In this document: piece after piece, positions 34,876 to 43,159 of the stretch
How positions within the stretch are numbered: the stretch's first letter is position 1
Layout of the letters: every line of letters starts with the position of its first letter
Assembly: GCA_031551135.1 (NCBI GenBank)
Contig: JAVBOA010000015.1
Coordinates: forward strand, 18,814-82,813
Direction of reading: 5' to 3'
Length of the DNA stretch: 64,000 bases
Source of the DNA: Eubacteriales bacterium
Lineage (GTDB): Bacteria > Bacillota > Clostridia > Lachnospirales > JAITVM01
Program-made: the position numbers and the translations under genes
The notes under the pieces: generated by a model
The model's input: the letters and a program-made list of their open reading frames with translations, nothing else
Told to the model about the DNA's origin: nothing
Database searches by the model: none

Positions 34876-35739
34876 TTATTTTAAATCCTTGTTGTTAATT
34901 CCGTCCATATCCGAAAATTCTTGATTTTCGCCGACCATTCCCCAAATAAAAGAGTAAGCGCGGCTTCCGGAGCCTGCGTGTATAGACCAGCTTGGCGAAA
35001 TAACTGCTTCCAGATTGCGGACAACGAGATGTCTTGTTTCGCTCGGTTCGCCCATATAATGCATTACAAAAGCGTCGTCTGCGATATCAAAATATAAATA
35101 AACTTCCATGCGCCTGTCGTGCGTATGGCAAGGCATAGTATTCCAAACACTGCCCGGTTTCAGCGTAGTCATTCCCATAACTAACTGACAGGATTCCACT
35201 TGACCCGGAAGTATATATTTACAAATAACTCTGTGGTTGGATTCTTCCAAAGCGCCTAACTCAACTTTGTTTTCGTCTTTTACAATAATAACGCCATCCG
35301 AAGCCGCACTCTCCGGCTTTATTAAAACCGTAGGATATTCTTTATGCGCCGGAGCGGAATTTAAATAAAATTTTGCAGGAATTTCGGGGTTTTTGCTTTC
35401 GAAAGTAATTTCTTGTGCGCCCATTCCGATATACATTCCGTCTTTGTTTGCAAGCTTGTAAATTTTTCCGTCGATATTTATAATTCCATCACCGCCGATA
35501 TTTATAACGCCCATTTCACGCCTTTGCAAAAAATATTCAGCACGCAGTTCTTTGCCTGCGTCTAATTTTAAAATCCCTTTTTTCGGAACGGCGGAGCCGG
35601 TGATAATTCGGTCGATATGGCTGTATACAAGTTTGATTTCGTCTTCTTTAAATAAATCCGAAATCAAAAATTCCTCACGAAGTCTTTCAGTAGTATAAAA
35701 TTTTACATCTTTTGGTGATACGGCTGTTCTTATTTCCAT
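34876..35739 (-). CDS. kduI: 5-dehydro-4-deoxy-D-glucuronate isomerase
   Basis: Collinear with E. coli KduI: YSHIDRII, RREMGVINIGG, WNTMPCHTHDRRMEVYLYF, ISPSWSIHAGSG, FIWGMVGENQ. Confidence 0.92.
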   Translation of the reverse strand: MEIRTAVSPKDVKFYTTERLREEFLISDLFKEDEIKLVYSHIDRIITGSAVPKKGILKLDAGKELRAEYFLQRREMGVINIGGDGIINIDGKIYKLANKDGMYIGMGAQEITFESKNPEIPAKFYLNSAPAHKEYPTVLIKPESAASDGVIIVKDENKVELGALEESNHRVICKYILPGQVESCQLVMGMTTLKPGSVWNTMPCHTHDRRMEVYLYFDIADDAFVMHYMGEPSETRHLVVRNLEAVISPSWSIHAGSGSRAYSFIWGMVGENQEFSDMDGINNKDLK

Positions 35740-35754
35740 TTTTTATTCTCCTTA

Positions 35755-36711
35755 TTATTTAACTATATGAACGGCAAAACCGCCGATTTCGCCTTCTAAA
35801 TATATAACGGCAAGTTTTCCCTTGTTGTCGTATTTTGCGGATTCCATATCAAATTTTGCGCCGCGCATTTCCAAATAATAAACAGCGCGCTCAAGATTAT
35901 TGCATCGGAAAGCGATATGGCCGTGAAGCCCCTTGAATGGTGATTTCATAATTTCTATTTCACTGCCGTTGAATATAGCGGAATTTCCTTCCTTGATTGC
36001 TTTTCCGAAATATTTGGCGAATTTTTCGGCTATTGCGTTTGCCGAATCCAAATTTTCTGCGTTTATTCCGATATGAGCCAATTGGAAGCCCAAAACCGTA
36101 TCTATCGCTTCTCTCGTGAGTTCGGTTATCTTAGCAAAATTTCCGGATTCGATTAATTCTTCTTTAACCATCCAGCTTCCGCCGCAAGCGACTATTTTGT
36201 CAAATGCCAAATATGAATTTATATTATTTTGATTAACGCCGCCGGTCGGCATGAATTTTATTTTTGTATACGGTGCGGCCAATGCCTTAATCATATTGAT
36301 TCCGCCAAGCTGCTCGGCGGGAAAGAATTTTACGACCGAAAGTCCCATTTCCAAAGCGTTTTCGATATCGGAAGAAGTCGGGCAGCCTGGCAAAACGGGA
36401 ATATTTTTATCTATGCAATATTTAACAACTTTCTGATTAAATCCCGGTGTAACGATAAATTTCGCACCTGCCGCAACGGCGCGGTCTACGGTTTCGATAT
36501 TGAGAACCGTTCCGGCTCCGACAAGCATTTCGGGAAGTTCATTTGAAATAATTCGAATAGCTTCTTCGGCGCAATCTGTACGAAAAGTAAGCTCAGCGGC
36601 CATCAATCCGCCATCACAAAGAGCTTTTGCAAGCGGCAGAGCATTTTCGATTTTATCGATTTTGATAACAGGCACAATACCAATTTTTTCGATTTGTTCA
36701 ATAATATTCAT
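35755..36711 (-). CDS. eda: KDPG/KHG aldolase (Eda) fused to a C-terminal VOC/glyoxalase-like domain
   Basis: Start set to ATG 36711 (RBS AAAGGAG). The track N-terminal extension reads into a repeat. Residues 1-205 are Eda (IVPVIKID, ELTFRT, GAGTV, VKFFPA, KFMPTGG). About 110 extra C-terminal residues (HIGINAEN...HGHIAFRCNNLERAVYYLE...GGFAVHIV) look VOC-like. Confidence 0.85.
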   Translation of the reverse strand: MNIIEQIEKIGIVPVIKIDKIENALPLAKALCDGGLMAAELTFRTDCAEEAIRIISNELPEMLVGAGTVLNIETVDRAVAAGAKFIVTPGFNQKVVKYCIDKNIPVLPGCPTSSDIENALEMGLSVVKFFPAEQLGGINMIKALAAPYTKIKFMPTGGVNQNNINSYLAFDKIVACGGSWMVKEELIESGNFAKITELTREAIDTVLGFQLAHIGINAENLDSANAIAEKFAKYFGKAIKEGNSAIFNGSEIEIMKSPFKGLHGHIAFRCNNLERAVYYLEMRGAKFDMESAKYDNKGKLAVIYLEGEIGGFAVHIVK

Positions 36712-36738
36712 TTTTGAACTCCTTTTATTAATTTTATG

Positions 36739-36854
36739 TAATACTATTTTCATTTTGATAAGTAGAAAAAAATTTTTCACAGTGGAGCGTTTCACGCATG
36801 CTTCAAGCGTGAAATGAAATATTTTTTTCTATCCTTAATAATGAAAATAGTATA
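36739..36854. repeat. Long palindromic intergenic repeat, family 1, full copy C
   Basis: TAATACTATTTTCATTTTGATAAGTAGAAAAAAATTTTTCACAGTGG..TTTCACGCATGCTTCAAGCGTGAAATGAAATATTTTTTTCTATCC..AATGAAAATAGTATA. Lies in the eda/uxaC divergent region. Confidence 0.85.
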
Positions 36855-36904
36855 AAATCATTTTAATCTTGTTTTATAACATTATTACTATTAAAAAATA
36901 AATA

Positions 36905-36933
36905 TTGAAATTTATTTAGATATATAGTATCAT
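36905..36933 (+). promoter_or_regulatory. Candidate uxaC promoter
   Basis: TTGAAA, 17 nt spacer, TATCAT. Confidence 0.5.
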
Positions 36934-36953
36934 ATATACAAGATAAATACAAG

Positions 36954-36967
36954 ATGTATTTTTACAT
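36954..36967. promoter_or_regulatory. Candidate GntR-type operator palindrome
   Basis: ATGTATTTTTACAT fits the GntR-family GT-N-AC palindrome rule. It sits between the candidate -10 and the uxaC RBS. Confidence 0.3.
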
Positions 36968-37006
36968 GAAACGGATAAATAAATTTAAATAAAAGGAGCC
37001 GGAAAT

Positions 37007-38392
37007 ATGATTAATGAGAAATTTTTATTGCGGAATAAAACTGCCGAAATTATTTACGAAAAAATTAAAAACCTGCCGATTATCGATTATCATTGCCATC
37101 TTAATCCTAAAGAAATTGCCGAAAACAAGGCATTTAAAAATATTACGGAGCTTTGGCTAGGAGGCGACCATTACAAATGGCGGCTGATGCGCGCGAACGG
37201 AATTGAGGAAAGATATATCACCGGTGACGCGGACGATTACGAGAAATTTTTAAAATGGGCTGAGACTATAGAAGAAGCTGTAGGAAATCCTATTTATCAT
37301 TGGACAAATCTTGAGCTTAAGCGATATTTTGGGTATAATAAAGTATTGGGAGTAAAAAACGCCAAAGAAATTTGGGAATACTGCAATAAAATTATACAAA
37401 GCGGAGAATTTAATGTAAAATCGATTTTCAAACAATTTAACGTAAAATCACTTTGCACAACAGACGACCCGGCGGATGATTTAAAATACCATAAACAAAT
37501 CGCTGCCGACTCGGAATTTGATACAAAAGTATATCCGACTTTTCGTCCGTCAAATGTATTTAATGTTAATTCAAATTACTCCGAATATATTAAAAAACTT
37601 GAAAAATCCGCAGATATGAAAATCGATTCTTACAAAGCTTTGGTAAACGCGCTTTATTCCAGAATGGATTATTTTAATCAGAATTTATGCCGGCTTTCTG
37701 ATCATTCGTTTGACCCTTTTGTTTATGAAGATTACAACGAACGCGAAGTCGAGGATATTTTTTCTGATATTTTGAATGGCGAATTTGATTTAACAAAAAT
37801 CAATAAATTTAAAACAGCTTTGTTCTACGACCTGAATAAAAAATACTTTGATTTGGATTGGTCGGTTCAAATACATATGAATTGTATAAGGAACGCAAAT
37901 GCAGCGATGTTTGAAAAATTAGGACCGGATACGGGTTATGACTGCATCGGCGATACGCCTTATGCGGATAGCCTTGTCAAAACTTTTGACTCCTTATGCA
38001 AAATAAATAAACTGCCGCGCACAATTGTTTATTCTCTAAATCCAAACGACTTTGATATGCTGACAACAATTATCGCATGTTATCAAGGAGGCGGTATAAA
38101 AGGCAAAATGCAGCTTGGTTCGGCTTGGTGGTTCAATGACCATATTAAGGGTATGGAAAATCAAATGATATCGCTTGCGAATAACGGGCTGTTATCGCGT
38201 TTTATCGGAATGCTCACAGATTCACGCTCGTTTTTGTCTTATCCGAGACATGAGTATTTCAGAAGAATTTTGGCAAATTTGCTTGGCACTCAATTTGAGG
38301 ACGGCCTATTCGCCGACGATATTGAACTTCTTATTAAAATCGCAGAAAATATTTCTTACTATAACGCAGATAATTATTTTAATTTTGTTTAA
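37007..38392 (+). CDS. uxaC: Glucuronate isomerase
   Basis: IIDYHCHLNPKEIAEN, GDHYKWRLMRANG, GNPIYHWTNLEL, WWFNDHIKGME, MLTDSRSFLSYPRHEYFRRIL. Collinear with E. coli UxaC. Confidence 0.95.
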   Translation: MINEKFLLRNKTAEIIYEKIKNLPIIDYHCHLNPKEIAENKAFKNITELWLGGDHYKWRLMRANGIEERYITGDADDYEKFLKWAETIEEAVGNPIYHWTNLELKRYFGYNKVLGVKNAKEIWEYCNKIIQSGEFNVKSIFKQFNVKSLCTTDDPADDLKYHKQIAADSEFDTKVYPTFRPSNVFNVNSNYSEYIKKLEKSADMKIDSYKALVNALYSRMDYFNQNLCRLSDHSFDPFVYEDYNEREVEDIFSDILNGEFDLTKINKFKTALFYDLNKKYFDLDWSVQIHMNCIRNANAAMFEKLGPDTGYDCIGDTPYADSLVKTFDSLCKINKLPRTIVYSLNPNDFDMLTTIIACYQGGGIKGKMQLGSAWWFNDHIKGMENQMISLANNGLLSRFIGMLTDSRSFLSYPRHEYFRRILANLLGTQFEDGLFADDIELLIKIAENISYYNADNYFNFV

Positions 38393-38497
38393 AACGGAAA
38401 CAAATTTCCTAGTCTTGCTGTAGTAATTCCGACTTTCGAACACTTTCAATTGAGATTAGTGCTATAAAGCAAGCAACTTATATTTGAGGTGAAAAAT

Positions 38498-39325
38498 ATG
38501 AAAATTGGCGTAAGAGCCCATGATTTTGGAAGAAAAAATGAAAAAGAACTTGCCGCCGAAATTAAATCGGCAGGATTTGAATGTGTACAGCTCGCTTTGA
38601 CAAAAGCAATCGAAGGAATTAATTCTTTTGACGATATCACGCCGGATAGAGTTTATAATATCAAAAATGAATTTGATAAAAACAATATTGAAATTTCGAT
38701 TTTGGGCTGTTATATTGAGCCGGCGATAAAAGACGGCGAACAAAGACGCAAAAATATTGACACATTTGTAAAATCCTTTGAGTACGCTAAAATTTTGGGT
38801 ACAAATATTATCGGAACGGAAACTACTAATTTTTCTTCTCCAGAGACCTCACGCAATGAGTATTATAATATTTTAAAAGACAGTGTTTTAAGAATTATCG
38901 AGAAAGCGGAAAAAGAAAACATAATTATGGCGATTGAGCCTGTTGCGGAACATACATTGAATAATTCTGTGATTGCTAGAAAATTAATTGATGAAGTCGG
39001 CTCGGATAATCTGAAAGTTATTTTTGACCCCGTGAATTTGTTATTGCCAAATACGACTATGTATCAAGATATGATGTATAAAAAGTTTTTCGAAATGCTC
39101 GGCAAAGAAATCGTCGTCATGCACGCAAAAGATATTTCTATAGAAAATAAAGCTAAAGATTGGCGGAATATCGGTGAAGGCATAGTCAACTACGATTTTA
39201 TTTTTGAGGCTTTGAATATAATCAATCCTGAGCTTAGAGTTTTGCGCGAAGAACTTAAGCCTGAAACTGCGAAATTTGATTTGGACAATTTGAACCGTTA
39301 TATAAATAAATATAGTCTGTGCTGA
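38498..39325 (+). CDS. Sugar phosphate isomerase/epimerase (xylose-isomerase-like TIM barrel)
   Basis: Start set to ATG 38498 after GAGGTG. IGVRAHDFG, IMAIEPV and VMHAKD are typical of the AP-endonuclease-2/TIM family. Confidence 0.8.
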   Translation: MKIGVRAHDFGRKNEKELAAEIKSAGFECVQLALTKAIEGINSFDDITPDRVYNIKNEFDKNNIEISILGCYIEPAIKDGEQRRKNIDTFVKSFEYAKILGTNIIGTETTNFSSPETSRNEYYNILKDSVLRIIEKAEKENIIMAIEPVAEHTLNNSVIARKLIDEVGSDNLKVIFDPVNLLLPNTTMYQDMMYKKFFEMLGKEIVVMHAKDISIENKAKDWRNIGEGIVNYDFIFEALNIINPELRVLREELKPETAKFDLDNLNRYINKYSLC

Positions 39326-39337
39326 AACTTTTGATTT

Positions 39338-39369
39338 ATACTATCTTCATTTTAAAATGAAAATAGTAT
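39338..39369. repeat. Short palindromic element (family 1 termini only)
   Basis: ATACTATCTTCATTTTAAAATGAAAATAGTAT, a near-perfect palindrome after the TIM-barrel gene. Confidence 0.7.
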
Positions 39370-39434
39370 TATTTTAGAAAAATTAGTGGATTTGGGGGAA
39401 ACCTCAAATTCACTTTAAAATTTTGGAGGAAGAA

Positions 39435-40919
39435 ATGAACATTTTGCAAAGGGAAGCGAAATCCGAACTCAAAGAAAAAGTACTTCAATTTGGAGAAGGT
39501 AATTTTTTGCGGGCTTTCGTTGATTTTTTAATCGACGAGCTGAATGAAAATAATTTATTTAACGGCGCAATTACGGTAGTTCAGCCGATAGAAAACGGAA
39601 TGGTTGATATGCTGGACAAACAAGACGGACTTTATACCTTGATTGCGCGCGGCATACAAAACGGGAAAATAATAAACGACAGACGGATTATTAAAAGCGT
39701 TACTAAAACAATAAATCCGTTTGTGGATTTTGATTTATATAATGAAACTGTAAAAAATCCGGATTTACGCCTGATTGTATCGAATACAACCGAAGCCGGA
39801 ATTTGCTACAACAAAGAAGACAAAAAAGAAAACGCCATGCAAAATACTTTTCCGGCGAAAATAACTTCGCTTTTGTACGAAAGGTATAAAATTTTTAACG
39901 GCGATATAAATAAAGGCTTTATATTTTTTCCTTGTGAACTTATTGATTATAATGGCACGAATCTTAAAAAATTTGTTTTGCAATACGCTGAGGATTGGGA
40001 ACTCGGTGCGGATTTTATAAATTGGGTGCAAAAAGCGAATTATTTTACGAATACTTTGGTTGACCGGATTGTAACCGGCTATCCGCGTGACGAAGCCGCC
40101 GAGCTTGAAAAAGAACTTGGATATAAAGATAATTTGATAGACACCTGCGAAATTTTTTATTTATTTGTTATCGAAGGACCGGAAGAAATCCGCCACGAGC
40201 TTCCTTTTGAAAAAATCGGGCTGAACGTAATCTGGACAAACGACGCAACAAATTACAAATTGCGCAAAGTTCGGATATTGAACGGCGGACACACAATGAG
40301 TATTTTTTCTGCGTTTTTGTCCGGTAAAAATACGGTTCTTGAAATGGTTTCGGATGAAAAATTAAAAGGATTTCTGCAAAAAGGAATTTTCGAAGAAATA
40401 ATTCCGACTTTGGATTTGTCCGAAGCTGAGCTGAAAAATTTTGCAAATGATGTACTTGAACGTTTTGCGAATCCTTATATAAAACATGCACTTTTGAGTA
40501 TTTCCTTAAATTCGGTATCGAAATTCAAAGTTCGGGTACTTCCGTCAATTTTGGAATATATAAACCGCAAAGGGAAAAATCCAAAAGCACTTGTATTCGC
40601 ATTTGCGTCGCTTTTGGCGTTTTATAACGGAACAGAAATTAAAAATAATATGCTTATCGGAAACCGCGGCGGCGAAGAATATAATATTTCTGATGATTTC
40701 GAAATTTTGGAATTTTTTGCGGAAGCAAATAAAAATTTAATTAAAGATAATAAAGACTCGGTCGGCGATTATGTTAAGAATATCTGCGCAAAATCCGAAT
40801 TTTGGGATATGGATTTGAATACAATCGAAGGATTCACCTCGGATGTTTCTGAATATCTTTTTAATATTTTAAACGGCGAAATTTATGAGGAAGTGACTAA
40901 AATTGTTGAAGGCGAATAA
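39435..40919 (+). CDS. uxaB: Tagaturonate reductase (altronate oxidoreductase)
   Basis: Start set to ATG 39435 after GGAGG. VLQFGEGNFLRAF N-terminus and RILNGGHT. Lies between uxaC and uxaA. Confidence 0.9.
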   Translation: MNILQREAKSELKEKVLQFGEGNFLRAFVDFLIDELNENNLFNGAITVVQPIENGMVDMLDKQDGLYTLIARGIQNGKIINDRRIIKSVTKTINPFVDFDLYNETVKNPDLRLIVSNTTEAGICYNKEDKKENAMQNTFPAKITSLLYERYKIFNGDINKGFIFFPCELIDYNGTNLKKFVLQYAEDWELGADFINWVQKANYFTNTLVDRIVTGYPRDEAAELEKELGYKDNLIDTCEIFYLFVIEGPEEIRHELPFEKIGLNVIWTNDATNYKLRKVRILNGGHTMSIFSAFLSGKNTVLEMVSDEKLKGFLQKGIFEEIIPTLDLSEAELKNFANDVLERFANPYIKHALLSISLNSVSKFKVRVLPSILEYINRKGKNPKALVFAFASLLAFYNGTEIKNNMLIGNRGGEEYNISDDFEILEFFAEANKNLIKDNKDSVGDYVKNICAKSEFWDMDLNTIEGFTSDVSEYLFNILNGEIYEEVTKIVEGE

Positions 40920-42381
40920 GGCGGTTTTGATTCACGAAAAAGATAATTGCGTGGTCGCTGTCCACGATATTAAAAAATCGGAAATGGTTTTCGAAATCCC
41001 TGCGGCGGAGGATATAAAGTCGGGGCATAAAATGGCAATTACAGATATTTCGGCGGGCGAAAATATTATTAAATACGGTTATCCGATTGGGTACGCATTA
41101 CGAAATATCAAAAAAGGCGAACATATTCACAATCATAATATAAAAACTAATTTGAAAGATATTTTGGAATATTCATATAAACCTAATCTGAATCAAGATT
41201 TTGAAATAAAGAATCGGGTTTTCAAGGGTTATAAACGAAAAAACGGTGAAGTCGGAATCCGAAACGAAATCTGGATAATAAATACTGTCGGCTGTGTAAA
41301 TAAAATTGCGGAAAAATTAGCGGATGAAGCAAATAAGATTTTTTCCGGAAAGACGGACGGGATTTTTACATTTGTGCATCCGTTCGGCTGTTCGCAATTG
41401 GGCGAGGATCATAATAAAACGCAATTGATTTTAAAAAATATGGTCACGCATCCGAATGCCGCCGCCGTATTAATTTTGAGCCTTGGTTGTGAAAATAATA
41501 ATATAAATGAATTTAAAAAAATTTTGGGCGAAATAGATGAAGAACGGGTTAAATTTTTAGTAACGCAGGATGTTTCGGATGAATTGGAAGAGGGCATAAA
41601 AATAATTTCGGAGCTTGTTGATTATTCACAAAACTTTGAACGTACGGATTGTGATTTATCCGATATTACAATCGGTCTGAAATGCGGCGGCTCGGACGGA
41701 TTTTCAGGCATAACGGCAAATCCTTTGGTAGGAAAAATCTCCGATAAAATTATTACGCATGGCGGCTCGGCGATTTTGACCGAAGTTCCGGAAATGTTCG
41801 GAGCGGAAGAAATTTTGATGAACCGCTGTAAAGATAAAGCCGTATTTGATAAGACAGTTAATTTAATAAACGATTTCAAAAAATATTTTATGCGCTACGG
41901 TCAGGAGATTTATGAAAATCCTTCTCCCGGGAATAAAGCCGGAGGAATTTCTACACTTGAAGATAAATCCTTGGGATGTACACAAAAAGCCGGATCGGCG
42001 AATGTTTGCGATGTTTTGGATTATGGCGGAATCGTGGAAACTAAAGGGCTGAATTTATTAAACGGACCCGGCAATGACCTTGTTGCTATGACGAATTTAA
42101 TGGCGGCGCACGCACAGATAATTCTGTTTACTACAGGCCGCGGAACGCCCGTCGGAACTGCCGTTCCCACAATAAAAATTTCCTCGAACACAAATTTAAA
42201 TAATAAAAAAAATAATTGGATAGATTTTAACGCAGGCGAAATTTTGGAAAATAAAGACCCTGAAAATTGCTCGGACGAACTTTTTGAATTTATAATAGAA
42301 GTTGCAGAAGGCAAAAAAACAAAAAACGAAATAAATAATTATAAAGAAATATCGATTTTTAAAGATGGTGTGACTTTATAG
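40903..42381 (+). CDS. uxaA: Altronate dehydratase
   Basis: N-terminal SAF domain (GHKMAITDISAGENIIKYGYPIGYA..I.KGEHIHNHN) plus the UxaA/GarD C-terminal domain. TTG start overlaps the uxaB end. Confidence 0.9.
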   Translation: MLKANKAVLIHEKDNCVVAVHDIKKSEMVFEIPAAEDIKSGHKMAITDISAGENIIKYGYPIGYALRNIKKGEHIHNHNIKTNLKDILEYSYKPNLNQDFEIKNRVFKGYKRKNGEVGIRNEIWIINTVGCVNKIAEKLADEANKIFSGKTDGIFTFVHPFGCSQLGEDHNKTQLILKNMVTHPNAAAVLILSLGCENNNINEFKKILGEIDEERVKFLVTQDVSDELEEGIKIISELVDYSQNFERTDCDLSDITIGLKCGGSDGFSGITANPLVGKISDKIITHGGSAILTEVPEMFGAEEILMNRCKDKAVFDKTVNLINDFKKYFMRYGQEIYENPSPGNKAGGISTLEDKSLGCTQKAGSANVCDVLDYGGIVETKGLNLLNGPGNDLVAMTNLMAAHAQIILFTTGRGTPVGTAVPTIKISSNTNLNNKKNNWIDFNAGEILENKDPENCSDELFEFIIEVAEGKKTKNEINNYKEISIFKDGVTL

Positions 42382-42390
42382 ACTTTGTAT

Positions 42391-42460
42391 AGCGGTTTGA
42401 TTTTTTATTATAAAATAATTGACTGTTATATTTTTAGATTCTGTTTAAAAATCAAATTGT
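42391..42460. repeat. Hairpin repeat family 2, degenerate copy
   Basis: AGCGGTTTGATTTTTT...AAAAATCAAATTGT, starting 10 nt after the uxaA stop. Confidence 0.65.
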
Positions 42461-42479
42461 TATAAAGGAATGAAATAAT

Positions 42480-43115
42480 ATGGAAGAACTCAAATCCCTA
42501 AAAATTAAAGCTTACGATTTTATTAAAGAAAGAATTTTTTCTTGTTATTATATGCCGGGTGATTTTTTGGACGAAAAATCCTTGATTAACGAAATCGGCG
42601 CAAGCCGAACTCCAATCCGCGAAGCTCTGAATAAAATAGAGCAAGAAAATTTGGTGCAGATTATCGCGAAAAAGGGTATAATGGTAAAGCAAATTACTGC
42701 AAAAAATGTTATAGATATTTTTCAAGTTCGTGAAACGATTGAGCCGAACGCTATTTTCAGTTATGGAAAGAATTTTGATTTAGTAATTATGGAGGAATTT
42801 AGGCAGAGATTTTTGCGTGAAGAAACCGACCCACTGAAGCATTATAAGCTTGATGATGAATACCATAGCTATATAATCAGCGTTTATAATAACGAATATA
42901 TAAGCCGCATAATGAAAGATATTTACGGTCAAAACTACAGAATACGGATTTTGACGGGAGAAGTCAAAAATTGCACCAGCTTTGCGCAAAATGAGCATCT
43001 GGAAATTGCGGATTTTATAATTGCCGGAGATTATTTAAAAGCGGGCGAATCTTTAAAAAAACATCTTGAGCTTTCGAGAGAACGAACGCTTTCTATGTTT
43101 ATCGCCAATAATTGA
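42480..43115 (+). CDS. GntR family (FadR/FCD subfamily) transcriptional regulator
   Basis: wHTH LDEKSLINEIGASRTPIREALNKIEQENLVQI plus an all-helical FCD-like C-terminus. Directly follows uxaA. Confidence 0.85.
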   Translation: MEELKSLKIKAYDFIKERIFSCYYMPGDFLDEKSLINEIGASRTPIREALNKIEQENLVQIIAKKGIMVKQITAKNVIDIFQVRETIEPNAIFSYGKNFDLVIMEEFRQRFLREETDPLKHYKLDDEYHSYIISVYNNEYISRIMKDIYGQNYRIRILTGEVKNCTSFAQNEHLEIADFIIAGDYLKAGESLKKHLELSRERTLSMFIANN

Positions 43116-43159
43116 TGCTTATCTTTTTCAAATTGCCGTATTTGGATTGGACTGATTAG

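Noticed and set aside
35755-36795. N-terminal extensions and ORFs that share the peptide VKNFFL.IKM.IVL.K (36795 extension of eda, 20884..21165, 51578..51841).
   Set aside because: The similarity comes from reading through copies of the family-1 DNA repeat in one frame. The true eda start with a strong RBS is at 36711, and the other two ORFs have no RBS or independent support.
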